DNA of 33,020 nt, from sequence record DRR378314_33, one strand, 5' to 3'. Numbering within the stretch: position 1 is the stretch's first letter; the number at the start of each line of letters is the position of its first letter. Shown here in pieces: positions 8,404-18,841 of this stretch. A program made the translations under genes and the position numbers. Under the pieces are notes generated by a model. That model made no database searches and was not told the origin of the DNA. It saw only the letters and a list, made by a program, of their open reading frames with translations.

Positions 8404-9579
8404 ATGGGTGTGTCCAAAAAAATGTCCCGTCTTGGAACGGAAACCGCATTTGATGTGTTGGCGAAAGCCGCCCGCTTGCAGGCGGACGGGATGGATGTGA
8501 TAAACCTTGGGATCGGCCAGCCCGATTTTCCGACCCCGGACCATATCGTAGACGCCGGCGTTAAAGCCTTAACGGATGGACATCACGGATATACGGGGGC
8601 AAACGGAATACTGGAACTGCGCGAGGCGGTTGCCAAGGATATCTTTGAGCGGAAATCGGCTGAGATCAGTCCGGAGAATATCCTGATCATGCCAGGTGGC
8701 AAGGTGACCATGTCCTTTGCTATTGAAATATTTGGAGAAGACGGCGCCGAAATTCTTTATCCCAACCCTGGATTTCCAATTTACGAAAGCATGATCCGCT
8801 ATAGCGGCGCCATGCCGGTTCCCATTCCCCTGCTGGAGGAAAACCAGTTCTCTTTCAATGCGGAGGAACTTCTATCCCTGATAACGGATAAGACCCGTCT
8901 CATTATTCTGAATTCCCCGGCCAACCCCACTGGCGGCGTTGTCGCAAAAGACCAGCTAGACAAGCTTGTTGATGGATTGGCTGAATTTCCCGGCGTTTAT
9001 ATTCTGTCCGATGAAATTTACAGTCGAATGACCTATGATGAAATTCCGCATGTCAGTCTGCTTCAGTATCCCGAAATACGGGATCGCCTGATCGTCCTGG
9101 ATGGCTGGTCAAAAACCTATGCTATGACAGGCTGGCGTTTGGGTTGGGGATACTGGCCAGATGACCTTGTCCCCCTTGCGACTCGTCTTTGTGTCAACTA
9201 CCATTCCTGTGTCAATGCAGCGACCCAGTATGCAGGCATTGCCGCGCTGCAGGGCGATCAAACGCCGGTTGATGAAATGATGACTGCCTTCGATGCCCGG
9301 CGTCACCTGATCTATGAAAGACTGAACGCCTTCAAGGAAATCTCCTGCGTGATGCCAAAAGGTGCCTTTTATGCCTTTCCAAATATTTCCAAAACCGGTC
9401 TGGATAGCCGGACATTTCAAAACCGGCTCCTCGAAGAAGAAGGCGTCGCAACTGTTGCCGGTACAAGTTTTGGCGAATTGGGCGAAGGCTATGTCCGTTT
9501 CTCTTACGCCAACTCCATCGAAAACATTAATCAGGCGATGATCCGTCTGGATGCCTTTCTCAAGCGGATAAAAGGATAA
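8404..9579 (+). CDS. PLP-dependent class I/II aminotransferase (aspartate aminotransferase-like)
   Basis: INLGIGQPDF, LNSPANPTG, SDEIYS, GWSKTYAMTGWRLGW, GYVRFSYA. Start moved to ATG 8404 to avoid overlap with the divergent gene. Confidence 0.93.
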   Translation: MGVSKKMSRLGTETAFDVLAKAARLQADGMDVINLGIGQPDFPTPDHIVDAGVKALTDGHHGYTGANGILELREAVAKDIFERKSAEISPENILIMPGGKVTMSFAIEIFGEDGAEILYPNPGFPIYESMIRYSGAMPVPIPLLEENQFSFNAEELLSLITDKTRLIILNSPANPTGGVVAKDQLDKLVDGLAEFPGVYILSDEIYSRMTYDEIPHVSLLQYPEIRDRLIVLDGWSKTYAMTGWRLGWGYWPDDLVPLATRLCVNYHSCVNAATQYAGIAALQGDQTPVDEMMTAFDARRHLIYERLNAFKEISCVMPKGAFYAFPNISKTGLDSRTFQNRLLEEEGVATVAGTSFGELGEGYVRFSYANSIENINQAMIRLDAFLKRIKG

Positions 9580-9583
9580 TTCG

Positions 9584-9799
9584 ATGACAACAGATCTCGA
9601 CAACCGTCTGACACAGGTGGAACTCAAACTGATGGACCAGGATCAGGCAATTGCGGACCTTAGCGACATGGTCAACCAGCAATGGCAAGTCATTGAAAAA
9701 CTGACAGCGCAACTGACAGTAGCCAAAAGCCGCATCGTCACATTGGAAAGTCAGTTGCCGGATACCCCCCAACAAGCTGAGAAACCGCCTCATTATTAA
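9584..9799 (+). CDS. slyX: SlyX family protein
   Basis: RLTQVELKLMDQDQAIADLSDMVNQQWQVIEKL coiled coil; diagnostic C-terminal EKPPHY. Confidence 0.93.
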   Translation: MTTDLDNRLTQVELKLMDQDQAIADLSDMVNQQWQVIEKLTAQLTVAKSRIVTLESQLPDTPQQAEKPPHY

Positions 9800-9876
9800 A
9801 CTGGATCTGACCGAAAATGGTGGCCATTCCCACTGATAAGATGTAAGGATCGGCAAAATCCCCAATCACCCTGAAC

Positions 9877-10194
9877 ATGGAAAAAGTCCCCATGACTGAT
9901 ACTGACACCCCCGAAACCCCTGAAACCCCAAAAGACGATCCGGTCGCTACCTATATATTGAACGCTCTGGCATCCGGTGAAGAAGTTTCCCCAAACACGA
10001 TTGCGCAATCACTTGCCCGGGAGAAGCAAAAAGAAAGCTCGCCTCGGGATTTCTGGCGGAAATTTATGACCGCTGTCCGTCAGCAAGCCATCCATTTGGC
10101 CCGAAACGGCCGGATTGAAATTGTCCGCAAAGGTGAAGTGGTAGACCCCAATGACTTTAAGGGCCTTTATAAGCTGAGATTGCCTAGAAAATAA
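9877..10194 (+). CDS. DUF3253-like protein
   Basis: SPNTIAQ, WRKFMTAVRQQAIHLARNGRIEIVRKGEVVDPNDFKGLYKLRL; alternative start ATG 9892. Confidence 0.85.
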   Translation: MEKVPMTDTDTPETPETPKDDPVATYILNALASGEEVSPNTIAQSLAREKQKESSPRDFWRKFMTAVRQQAIHLARNGRIEIVRKGEVVDPNDFKGLYKLRLPRK

Positions 10195-10245
10195 TCATAG
10201 ATGGCTGGAAAATCTCTGAATTTTAAACTTTTATCACCGACGAAT

Positions 10246-10292
10246 TGCTTATTTTTTAATCAAATGCCTATTATTTGACCTGTTTTTGTGCT
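10246..10292 (+). promoter_or_regulatory. Putative NtrC-type upstream activator sites
   Basis: 17-bp degenerate palindromes TGCTTATTTTTTAATCA (10246-10262) and TGACCTGTTTTTGTGCT (10276-10292), about 85-130 bp upstream of the sigma54 promoter. Confidence 0.55.
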
Positions 10293-10374
10293 TGTTTTAA
10301 TGGCACGCTCAAGCCGATGACGCGACAACCCGCGGGAAACAGGCAAAATAAAAAAATTAGGGGTTTATTAAAAC

Positions 10375-10392
10375 TTGGCACGATTAGTGCTT
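10375..10392 (+). promoter_or_regulatory. Sigma54 (-24/-12) promoter of glnB-glnA
   Basis: TTGGCACGATTAGTGCTT: GG(10377-78)-N10-GC(10389-90). Confidence 0.88.
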
Positions 10393-10446
10393 AAATAACG
10401 GACAGGCGCTTGTGCCACCTTTTTGACGCAACTACCGAAGAAGTGA

Positions 10447-10788
<342 letters not shown>

Positions 10789-10852
10789 TCCGGTTTGGAC
10801 CACCTGCCCTGCAGGTTAAACAGAAATCAACGTTAACAGAAGAGACACAAAA

Positions 10853-12265
10853 ATGACTGCAGAAATTTCTAAAGTGCTAGACATGATCAAGGAAAACGAA
10901 ATTGAGTATGTTGATCTTCGTTTTACCGATCCAAAAGGTAAATGGCAGCACCTAGCGATGCACAGCGATGCAATCGAAGAAGAAACCTTCACAGACGGCA
11001 TCATGTTCGACGGTTCCTCTATCACAGGCTGGAAGGCGATTAACGAGTCCGATATGACTTTGAAGCCGGATGCATCCTCAGTGGTTATCGACCCCTTTGC
11101 AGCGCGCCCGACAATCATTATCTTCTGTGACATTGAAGATCCAACCAGCGGCGAAGGATATGAGCGCGATCCGCGCTCTGTTGCGAAAAAAGCTGAAGCC
11201 TACCTTGCCTCTACCGGAATTGGCGATTCAGCCTTCTTCGGTCCAGAAGCTGAATTCTTCATGTTTGACGATGTTCAGTTTTCCAACGACAGCCACCACA
11301 CATTTTTCAAACTGACAGACTCAGAAGCCCCGAATATGGGCGGTCAGGAAATTGAAGGCGGCAACACAGGTCACCGTCCAGGCATCAAAGGCGGTTACTT
11401 CCCGGTACAGCCTGTTGACAGCGGTGCCGATATCCGCTCCGAAATGGTCTCCGTTGCCAAGGAAATGGGCCTGAGCGTTGAAAAGCATCACCACGAAGTG
11501 GCTCCGTCTCAGCATGAGCTGGGCTTCAAGTTCAACACACTGGTTGGCGCGGCCGATGACATCCAGAAACAAAAATATGTCATTCATAACGTTGCCCATG
11601 CTTATGGCAAAACAGCTACCTTCATGCCAAAACCTGTTGCCGGTGACAACGGCTCAGGCATGCATGTTCATCAGTCCATCTGGAAAGAAAGCAAACCTGC
11701 ATTTGCCGGTTCCGGATATGCGGGTCTTTCTGAAACTGCACTCTACTACATTGGCGGTATCATTAAGCATGCTAAAGCCATCAACGCTTTTGCCAACGCA
11801 TCAACCAACTCGTACAAGCGTTTGATCCCAGGTTTCGAAGCCCCTGTTCTGCTGGCTTATTCAGCCCGTAACCGTTCTGCTTCCTGCCGTATTCCATTCT
11901 CTGGCAGCCCGAACGGCAAGCGTGTTGAAATTCGCTTCCCTGACTGTACTGCAAACCCATATCTCGCTTTCGCTGCGATGATGATGGCTGGCTTGGACGG
12001 GATCCAGAACAAGATCCACCCTGGCGATGCGATGGATAAAGACCTTTATGATCTGCCAGCAGAAGAGTTGAAAGACATTCCAACAGTTTGTGGCTCCCTG
12101 CGGGAAGCCCTGGAAGCCTTGGATGCTGACCGTGACTTCCTGACCAAAGGCGATGTCTTCACAAATGACATGATTGATGGGTACCTGGCTGTGAAATGGG
12201 AAGATGTTTACACATTCGAACATGCCCCTCACCCAGCGGAATTTGCAATGTATTACAGCGTCTAA
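10853..12265 (+). CDS. glnA: Glutamine synthetase type I
   Basis: [54 protein letters not shown], adenylylation motif MDKDLYDLP. Confidence 0.99.
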   Translation: MTAEISKVLDMIKENEIEYVDLRFTDPKGKWQHLAMHSDAIEEETFTDGIMFDGSSITGWKAINESDMTLKPDASSVVIDPFAARPTIIIFCDIEDPTSGEGYERDPRSVAKKAEAYLASTGIGDSAFFGPEAEFFMFDDVQFSNDSHHTFFKLTDSEAPNMGGQEIEGGNTGHRPGIKGGYFPVQPVDSGADIRSEMVSVAKEMGLSVEKHHHEVAPSQHELGFKFNTLVGAADDIQKQKYVIHNVAHAYGKTATFMPKPVAGDNGSGMHVHQSIWKESKPAFAGSGYAGLSETALYYIGGIIKHAKAINAFANASTNSYKRLIPGFEAPVLLAYSARNRSASCRIPFSGSPNGKRVEIRFPDCTANPYLAFAAMMMAGLDGIQNKIHPGDAMDKDLYDLPAEELKDIPTVCGSLREALEALDADRDFLTKGDVFTNDMIDGYLAVKWEDVYTFEHAPHPAEFAMYYSV

Positions 12266-12290
12266 TCACACGCCAAAAGACATTCAAAAG

Positions 12291-12322
12291 AAAGGCTGCG
12301 GTATTCTCGCAGCCTTTTTTCT
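12291..12322 (+). terminator. Intrinsic terminator of glnBA
   Basis: AAAGGCTGCG-GTATTCT-CGCAGCCTTT followed by more T. Confidence 0.9.
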
Positions 12323-12433
12323 GTTCTGGACGCCACCTGAACAAATTCGTATCCGGTGTCACAACCGCCCCCAAAAACCCATGACAATCGCCGCACTTCA
12401 CTTAAAGTTTGTCTGATGGTTTGGGAGAAAAGC

Positions 12434-12724
12434 ATGGACGTTTCTGAAAAAGAGCTGAAAGCGGCCCGGCGCAAGGTTCGACGGATGCGCCATTTTTACA
12501 TGCATCTGGCCACCTACGGCTTTGTCATTCTATTTCTGCATATCGTTAATCTGATGACATCCAGTTATTATTGGGCGATCTGGCCGACCCTGGGTTGGGG
12601 TATGGCAATTGTCGCCCAATCGATTCACATATTCGGTTTCTTCAACTTCTTTGATGCGGAGTGGGAAGAGCGGGAAATTCAAAAAATCCTCGACAAAAGA
12701 AAACTAAAAGTCACGGACACCTAG
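12434..12724 (+). CDS. 2TM domain-containing protein
   Basis: ARRKVRRMRHFYMHLATY, WAIWPTLGWG, WEEREIQKIL; GGAG SD upstream of ATG 12434. Confidence 0.88.
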   Translation: MDVSEKELKAARRKVRRMRHFYMHLATYGFVILFLHIVNLMTSSYYWAIWPTLGWGMAIVAQSIHIFGFFNFFDAEWEEREIQKILDKRKLKVTDT

Positions 12725-12756
12725 ACCAACGTCTGTCATACTGACCGTTTTATTGC

Positions 12757-13143
12757 TTAATCTTCATTTGCAGGCGGGATAATCCGGGGCTTACCTTCTT
12801 CATCAATCGCGACAAAAATATAGGTGCCTTCGGTCACCTTAATTTCCTGAGGATCAAGCTTTCGCACAACAACAGTCGTCAGCTTTACATGCATCGATGT
12901 TCGTCCGACCTTGCTGATCTCGCCATAAATGCTGACAACATCCCCGACCTTGATGGGTTGATGAAAGGTCATGGCTTCCACCGCGACGGTCACAACCCGC
13001 CCATTTGCCCGGCGTGCTGCCAGCACGCCACCGGCAATATCCATCTGCGACAACACCCAACCGCCAAAAATATCTCCATTATTATTGACATCTCGGGGTT
13101 GTGGGGCTGTTCGGATGATCGGGTCGCGGGTTATTTTTGTCAT
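12757..13143 (-). CDS. Acyl-CoA thioesterase (YciA-like hotdog fold)
   Basis: PRDVNNNGDIFGGWVLSQMDIAGG, VGRTSM, FVAIDEEGKPR; GAGGT SD upstream of ATG 13143. Confidence 0.93.
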   Translation of the reverse strand: MTKITRDPIIRTAPQPRDVNNNGDIFGGWVLSQMDIAGGVLAARRANGRVVTVAVEAMTFHQPIKVGDVVSIYGEISKVGRTSMHVKLTTVVVRKLDPQEIKVTEGTYIFVAIDEEGKPRIIPPANED

Positions 13144-13263
13144 ATTATTCAAGTACCTCAAAAACTTTTTCGTCAATCTGGAAATTATACATTTTTATTG
13201 TTAAGAGAGAACAGTATTCTGAAGATCGAATTGTAAATTATTCCTGCAAAGTGAAGCCCGCAT

Positions 13264-15225
13264 ATGTCTGATCTGTTTCAGCAGCCAAAATCTGAATCTG
13301 GTGATTATTCCGCCAAAGATATTGAAGTCCTTGAAGGGTTGGAGCCGGTCCGAAAAAGACCCGGCATGTATATCGGTGGCACTGACGAAAGAGCGCGTCA
13401 CCATCTGGCGGCTGAAGTTCTGGATAACTCCATGGATGAAGCCGTTGCCGGATTTGCCAGCCGCATTGATGTCGAGTTGTTCGCTGATGGCTCCCTTGCC
13501 ATTCGCGATAATGGGCGGGGCATTCCAATTGATCCCCACCCCAAATTCAAAGACAAATCGGCACTGGAAGTTATTCTGACGACGTTGCATTCCGGCGGTA
13601 AGTTTTCCAACAAGGTATACCATACCGCAGGTGGACTGCATGGTGTGGGCGTATCCGTGGTGAATGCCCTTTCGTCCAAAACCATTGTTGAAGTGGCCCG
13701 TGACAAAGAACTTTGGCGGCAGGAATATTCAAAAGGATTGCCGGTTACAGCGCTTGAAAAAGTTGGGGCGGCACCTAACCGGCGCGGCACAATGATCCAT
13801 TTCCAACCGGACGAAGAAATTTTTGAAGCGGGAACCCAGCTTCGCCCAAACCGGCTTTACAAAATGGTTCGCTCCAAAGCGTATCTTTTTCGCGGCGTGG
13901 AAATTCGCTGGAAAGCAGATCCAGAATTGATCAAGGACGACACCCCAGCTGAAGATACTCTGCATTTTCCAGGCGGTCTTTCGGACTTCCTCGCAGCAAC
14001 TTTGGAAAATCGGCAGGCTGTCACGCCGGAACCTTTTTCCGGTCGGGTTGAAGTGGAAGGCGATCGGGGTCGGGTTGAATGGGCAATCGCCTGGCCGGTT
14101 GATAATCTTTCGTTCCTCAGTTCCTACTGTAACACAGTGCCGACGCCTGAGGGCGGTACCCATGAAAGTGGCTTTCGCTCTGTCCTTCTTCGTGGTTTGA
14201 AAAGTTACGGGGAAATGATCAACAACAAGAAAGCTGCGCAGATAACAGCCGATGATGTCATGGGTGATGCGGCTGCCGTTTTATCTGTCTTCATTCCTGA
14301 GCCACAATTTCAGGGGCAGACCAAGGAAAAACTGGCAACCCAGGAAGCCGCACGCCTTGTGGATGCGGCCCTAAAAGATCATTTTGACAACTGGCTTGCA
14401 TCGGCACCTGATCAGGCCAACAATCTCTTGAACTGGATCATTTCCAAGTCCGAAGAACGTCTGCGGCGACGTGCTGATAAGGATACCAGCCGGAAAACCG
14501 CAACAAACCGTCTTCGCCTGCCGGGCAAGCTTGCGGATTGCTCCCAGCAGAATGCAGAAGGAACTGAGCTATTTATTGTTGAGGGTGACAGTGCGGGCGG
14601 ATCTGCCAAACAGGGACGTGACCGGAAAACCCAGGCGATTTTGCCGCTTCGGGGAAAAATTCTCAATGTGGCCTCCGCTGTTTCCAGTAAAATCAAGGCC
14701 AATCAGGAGCTTTCAGACCTTATTCAGGCCCTGGGCTGCGGAACCGGGGATAAATACCGTCAGGGTGATTTACGGTATGAAAAAGTGATTATCATGACAG
14801 ATGCGGATGTGGACGGTGCCCATATCGCCACCCTGTTGATGACGTTTTTCTACCAAGAAATGCGGCAACTGGTGCTCGATGGACATCTGTATTTGGCGCA
14901 GCCCCCGCTTTACCGAATTACACAAGGCGGCAAAACCGCCTATGCCATGGATGATGCTCATAAAGATCGGTTGATGGAAACAGAATTTACCGGCCGCGGC
15001 AAAGTTGATATCAGCCGCTTTAAGGGCCTTGGTGAAATGCCCCCAGCCCAATTGAAAGAAACCACCATGAACAAGGAAAAGCGGGTCCTGCTGCAGGTCC
15101 GCATCCCCATGGAGGATTTTGGAGATACAGCCGATAGGGTTGAAAGCCTTATGGGCAAAAAGCCGGAGCTTCGATTCAACTTTATTCAGGAGAATGCCCG
15201 CTTTGCGGATAACTTGGATATTTAG
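13264..15225 (+). CDS. parE: DNA topoisomerase IV subunit B
   Basis: YSAKDIEVLEGLEPVRKRPGMYIG, EVLDNSMDE, GGLHGVGVSVVNAL, VEGDSAGGSAKQ, MTDADVDG, ISRFKGLGEM; 653 aa without the GyrB insertion. Confidence 0.97.
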   Translation: MSDLFQQPKSESGDYSAKDIEVLEGLEPVRKRPGMYIGGTDERARHHLAAEVLDNSMDEAVAGFASRIDVELFADGSLAIRDNGRGIPIDPHPKFKDKSALEVILTTLHSGGKFSNKVYHTAGGLHGVGVSVVNALSSKTIVEVARDKELWRQEYSKGLPVTALEKVGAAPNRRGTMIHFQPDEEIFEAGTQLRPNRLYKMVRSKAYLFRGVEIRWKADPELIKDDTPAEDTLHFPGGLSDFLAATLENRQAVTPEPFSGRVEVEGDRGRVEWAIAWPVDNLSFLSSYCNTVPTPEGGTHESGFRSVLLRGLKSYGEMINNKKAAQITADDVMGDAAAVLSVFIPEPQFQGQTKEKLATQEAARLVDAALKDHFDNWLASAPDQANNLLNWIISKSEERLRRRADKDTSRKTATNRLRLPGKLADCSQQNAEGTELFIVEGDSAGGSAKQGRDRKTQAILPLRGKILNVASAVSSKIKANQELSDLIQALGCGTGDKYRQGDLRYEKVIIMTDADVDGAHIATLLMTFFYQEMRQLVLDGHLYLAQPPLYRITQGGKTAYAMDDAHKDRLMETEFTGRGKVDISRFKGLGEMPPAQLKETTMNKEKRVLLQVRIPMEDFGDTADRVESLMGKKPELRFNFIQENARFADNLDI

Positions 15226-15228
15226 TCT

Positions 15229-15942
15229 TTACCAGCTTAACCATTCCCGAAGGATGCTGTTGCTTTCCATCGGCTTTTCCATTGTCGGCAGATGTCCGCA
15301 AGTAGCAATGGTGTGAAATTCGCTGTCTGGAATTTTCTCTGACATTTCCTGCTGATGTTTTGCCGGGATCAAGGCATCATCCTCTCCTGACAGAACCAGG
15401 GTCGGAGAGGTTATCTGCGAAAGTTCAGCGTTTCGATCCTTGCGGTTCATAATCGCGGTTTCCTGACGAATGAACCCTTCACGGCCAATATCGTCCGCCA
15501 TTTGATAGATCCGTTCTGTCAGCTCTGTATCCTTGAACCGGCTGGGGTGGATCAACATGGGCAAAAGACCTTCAGTAACCCCTTTAAAGGTGGTTCCTCG
15601 TTGTACCAAACGGATAAAATCCTGCCGCTTTTTCTTATCTGCGGCGCTATCCGCATCAGCACGTGTATCAATGAGAGCCAATCGCTCGACCCGTTCCGGT
15701 GCCCGTAAGATAATTTCCAAGGCAATATATCCGCCCATGGACAGGCCGGCCAAAGAAAACCGCTCTGGAGCAGAGGCCAAAATCTCGGTAGCAATTTCCT
15801 CCACACTGGCATGAGTGTCATGGCGAGCAACCGACATGTCCGCCAGATCAGAAAGGGCGTTAAGCTGATCTCTCCAAAGATCCTTCGTGCAAAGAAGGCC
15901 GGGAATTAAGATGAGACTTTGTTTTTCAGGCATTAGGGTCAC
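15229..15942 (-). CDS. Alpha/beta fold hydrolase
   Basis: LIPGLLC, nucleophile elbow GLSMGG, SGEDDALIP (Asp), CGHLPTMEKP (His); alternative ATG 15933. Confidence 0.92.
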   Translation of the reverse strand: MTLMPEKQSLILIPGLLCTKDLWRDQLNALSDLADMSVARHDTHASVEEIATEILASAPERFSLAGLSMGGYIALEIILRAPERVERLALIDTRADADSAADKKKRQDFIRLVQRGTTFKGVTEGLLPMLIHPSRFKDTELTERIYQMADDIGREGFIRQETAIMNRKDRNAELSQITSPTLVLSGEDDALIPAKHQQEMSEKIPDSEFHTIATCGHLPTMEKPMESNSILREWLSW

Positions 15943-16099
15943 AATTTATTTAAATAGTTGGTTCTGTCATAAAACTTAAACACCCCAACCTTGGACTTCA
16001 ACCCAATGAAGAAGGTTTCGTTTATCTACACAATTTTGAAATAATTCTTGAGTATATAGCTTAAACCCTAGGAAAACCTTGCAAAATCGCAGGAATAGT

Positions 16100-16127
16100 T
16101 TGACAGAACACTATATTTCACTAAATT
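16100..16127 (+). promoter_or_regulatory. Putative sigma70 promoter of the DEAD-box helicase
   Basis: TTGACA-N16-TAAATT, 45 bp upstream of the ATG. Confidence 0.6.
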
Positions 16128-16172
16128 GCGAGTGTTTTGTAGTCTTTGATAATTGGCGGTAGTTTTTAACGC

Positions 16173-17567
16173 ATGACATTTGCAGATCTTGGCCTTAGCC
16201 CTGAAGTTCTTAAAGCAGTGACGGACTCAGGTTACGACACACCAACCCCTATTCAGGAAAAAGCAATCCCAACAGTCCTGATGGGTCGGGATGTCCTGGG
16301 CATCGCTCAGACTGGCACTGGAAAAACCGCCGGCTTCACATTGCCTATGATTGATATTCTGGCGTCTGGGCACTCCAAGGCCCGCATGCCCCGTTCCCTT
16401 ATTCTGGAGCCGACCCGAGAACTGGCTGCCCAGGTTTCGGAAAATTTTGAAAAATACGGAAAATATAACAACCTCTCCATGGCGTTGCTGATTGGCGGCG
16501 TTTCTTTTTCCGATCAGGAAGCCAAGCTGGATCGCGGTGTTGATGTCCTGATTGCCACACCTGGCCGTTTGCTGGACCATTTTGGTCGGGGCAAGGTGTT
16601 GTTGAACGGTGTTAAAACCCTGGTGATTGATGAAGCCGACCGTATGATGGATATGGGCTTTATTCCGGATGTTGAGCGGATTGTGTCCCTCATGCCCCCT
16701 CTTCGCCAAACCTTGTTCTTCTCTGCAACCATGTCAAAAGACATGAAAAAATTGGCAGATAAGTTTCTGATGAACCCTAAAGAAATCAAGGTTGAGGCGC
16801 CGTCCAACGCGGCTGCAACTGTGACGCAGGGGCTGGTTCGGGTACATAAGAATGAAAAGCGCCCCGTTCTTCGGCGGATGCTCAACGATGACGCGGTTAA
16901 AAACTCTTTCATTTTCTGCAACCGGAAAAGAGATGTAGACATTGTTCTGGGCTCTTTGATCAAGCATGGTTTCAATGCCGGTGCCCTGCATGGGGATATG
17001 ACACAGTCTCATCGTATGGAAACCCTTGAAAAGTTCCGTTCTGGTGAGATCGTTCATCTAGTGTGTTCAGATGTTGCCGCACGCGGCATCGATATCTCAA
17101 ATGTGAGCCATGTGTTCAACTTTGATGTACCGATCCATGCCGAAGACTATGTTCATCGGATTGGCCGTACGGGCCGGGCGGGTCTGGAAGGAAACGCCTT
17201 TACCATTTGTTGTAAAGGTGAGGAAAAATACCTCGACGCCATCTATAAAACGATTAATCAGGAAATCCCGCTGGTCAAAATTGACGGCATGGAAGAAATT
17301 AAAGAAGAAGCCCGTGACATCGAGCAACGCGCTAAATCTTCCAAGTCGGATAATAATCGCGGTCGCAGATCCACCTCTAACCGGCACTCTTCTCCTCGTA
17401 AAGAGACAGCGGCGCCTGCAGACACAACAGAAGAGATTCGCCCCAAACGTCAAACCCGTACGCGAAAACCACGTTACAGCCGGGATGAAGACACAACCCC
17501 TGTGGTTGGGCTTGGTGATCATGTTCCGGCCTTTTTCAACATCCCTTTAAGAAAATCCGCAGAATAA
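16173..17567 (+). CDS. DEAD-box ATP-dependent RNA helicase
   Basis: Q motif PTPIQ, AQTGTGKT, PTRELA, TPGRLLD, DEAD, SAT, ARGID, HRIGRTGR; basic disordered C-tail ending GLGDHVPAFF. Confidence 0.97.
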   Translation: MTFADLGLSPEVLKAVTDSGYDTPTPIQEKAIPTVLMGRDVLGIAQTGTGKTAGFTLPMIDILASGHSKARMPRSLILEPTRELAAQVSENFEKYGKYNNLSMALLIGGVSFSDQEAKLDRGVDVLIATPGRLLDHFGRGKVLLNGVKTLVIDEADRMMDMGFIPDVERIVSLMPPLRQTLFFSATMSKDMKKLADKFLMNPKEIKVEAPSNAAATVTQGLVRVHKNEKRPVLRRMLNDDAVKNSFIFCNRKRDVDIVLGSLIKHGFNAGALHGDMTQSHRMETLEKFRSGEIVHLVCSDVAARGIDISNVSHVFNFDVPIHAEDYVHRIGRTGRAGLEGNAFTICCKGEEKYLDAIYKTINQEIPLVKIDGMEEIKEEARDIEQRAKSSKSDNNRGRRSTSNRHSSPRKETAAPADTTEEIRPKRQTRTRKPRYSRDEDTTPVVGLGDHVPAFFNIPLRKSAE

Positions 17568-17671
17568 TACTGACAGCTTTTTCACTGCCAAAAAGGCTCA
17601 TGTTTCGATTTTACTTCGGAAAGCCGATCATGCTACCAATATGGCTGGTCATCTGATGAGGGTCTTTTCAA

Positions 17672-17914
17672 ATGCAGACAATTTTTATTCTGGTCAAATG
17701 TGAACTTGGCAAAGCCTATGTGGTGGCCAATGAAGCCGTTGAAAATGTTGAAAAAGTGTCTGAAGTTTACTCTATTTCGGGTCAATATGACCTGATGATG
17801 AAATGTTACCTGAGCGATGATCAGGACATCGGACATTTCGTCAATGAACAGATCCAGACCCTGCCCCATATCAAAGACACATTCACTATGATTACCTTCA
17901 AGGCATTTGCCTGA
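17672..17914 (+). CDS. Stand-alone Lrp/AsnC ligand-binding (RAM) domain protein
   Basis: FILVKCELGK, EVYSISGQYDLMMK, IKDTFTMITF; 80 aa with no HTH. Confidence 0.85.
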   Translation: MQTIFILVKCELGKAYVVANEAVENVEKVSEVYSISGQYDLMMKCYLSDDQDIGHFVNEQIQTLPHIKDTFTMITFKAFA

Positions 17915-17932
17915 TGGCTGGGTAAGGTCATC

Positions 17933-18841
17933 ATGTCCGGATCTGTGCCTCAACAACAAAGCGGTGTTTTGATTATGGCGGTCGCCATGCTGACGCTGCC
18001 GGTGATGGATCTATTTGCCAAACTCCTGACAGAAACCATGTCGCCCGGCTCGATTGCCTTTGCCCGCTTTTTTGCGCAATCGGTGATCATGCTGCCATTT
18101 GTGTTTCTATCCGGTCAGAAAGGCTGGCCGAAGGCCTTACACCTCCTGGCAGGCCTTTTTTTGGGGAGTGCGCTTGTCGCCCTGAATACCGCTTTGCGGG
18201 ACATGCCCATTGCCAATGTTCTGGCCATCTTTTTTGTTGAACCGTTATTTCTGACGATATTGTCGGCGATCATATTGAAAGAGCGGGTGGGATGGCGGCG
18301 AATGATGGCGGTCCTCGTAGGCCTTATCGGGGCAATGGTAGTTTTACGGCCCAACCTGCAGGCATTCGGGATCTCCTCTTTATATCCGATGATAACAGCC
18401 CTTTGTTTTTCCTGTTACCTGTTGATCACTCGTTTTCTCTCACAACAGGGAAATCGGGTCTCGCTTAATTTTTGGACTGGTTTTTTCGCCGCGATGGTTC
18501 TGGGGCTCGCCCTCATTCCTGGCAGCTATTTGGAAAGCGATATTTTCTCCTTTGATCTGCCATCCGGCAACCAGTTTTTCTATGTGATCGGTATGGGCGC
18601 GCTTGCCGGTGCGGGACACTGGATGATCGCCCTCGCCTTTTCCCGAAGCGAAGCGGGTATACTCGCCCCGTTGCAATATCTGGAAATCATTTCGGCCACC
18701 TTGTTGGGCTGGCTTGTCTTCAACGAGTTTCCGGACAATTTAACCTGGGCCGGCACCGCCATTATCATTTTTGCCGGCACCTATGTCTTCTATCGGGAAC
18801 GAAAACTGGCACGGCTTGGACTGCAAACCACTAAGAATTAA
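17933..18841 (+). CDS. DMT/EamA family transporter
   Basis: About 10 hydrophobic segments; AIFFVEPLF..ILSAIILKERVGWRR, LAPLQYLEII, GWLVFNEFP. Confidence 0.93.
   Translation: MSGSVPQQQSGVLIMAVAMLTLPVMDLFAKLLTETMSPGSIAFARFFAQSVIMLPFVFLSGQKGWPKALHLLAGLFLGSALVALNTALRDMPIANVLAIFFVEPLFLTILSAIILKERVGWRRMMAVLVGLIGAMVVLRPNLQAFGISSLYPMITALCFSCYLLITRFLSQQGNRVSLNFWTGFFAAMVLGLALIPGSYLESDIFSFDLPSGNQFFYVIGMGALAGAGHWMIALAFSRSEAGILAPLQYLEIISATLLGWLVFNEFPDNLTWAGTAIIIFAGTYVFYRERKLARLGLQTTKN

Noticed and set aside
9892..9932. Short direct repeats (ACTGA, GAAACCCC)
   Set aside because: They encode the low-complexity TDTDTPETPETP N-terminus; not CRISPR-like or mobile.
10301..10315. Second sigma54 promoter TGGCACGCTCAAGC upstream of glnB
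   Set aside because: GG-to-GC spacing is 9 nt, not the required 10.
12357..12386. ECF41-type promoter (TGTCACA) or TGTCA-N20-TGACA operator before the 2TM gene
   Set aside because: No CGTC -10 element at the expected spacing, and 5-bp arms are too short to support.
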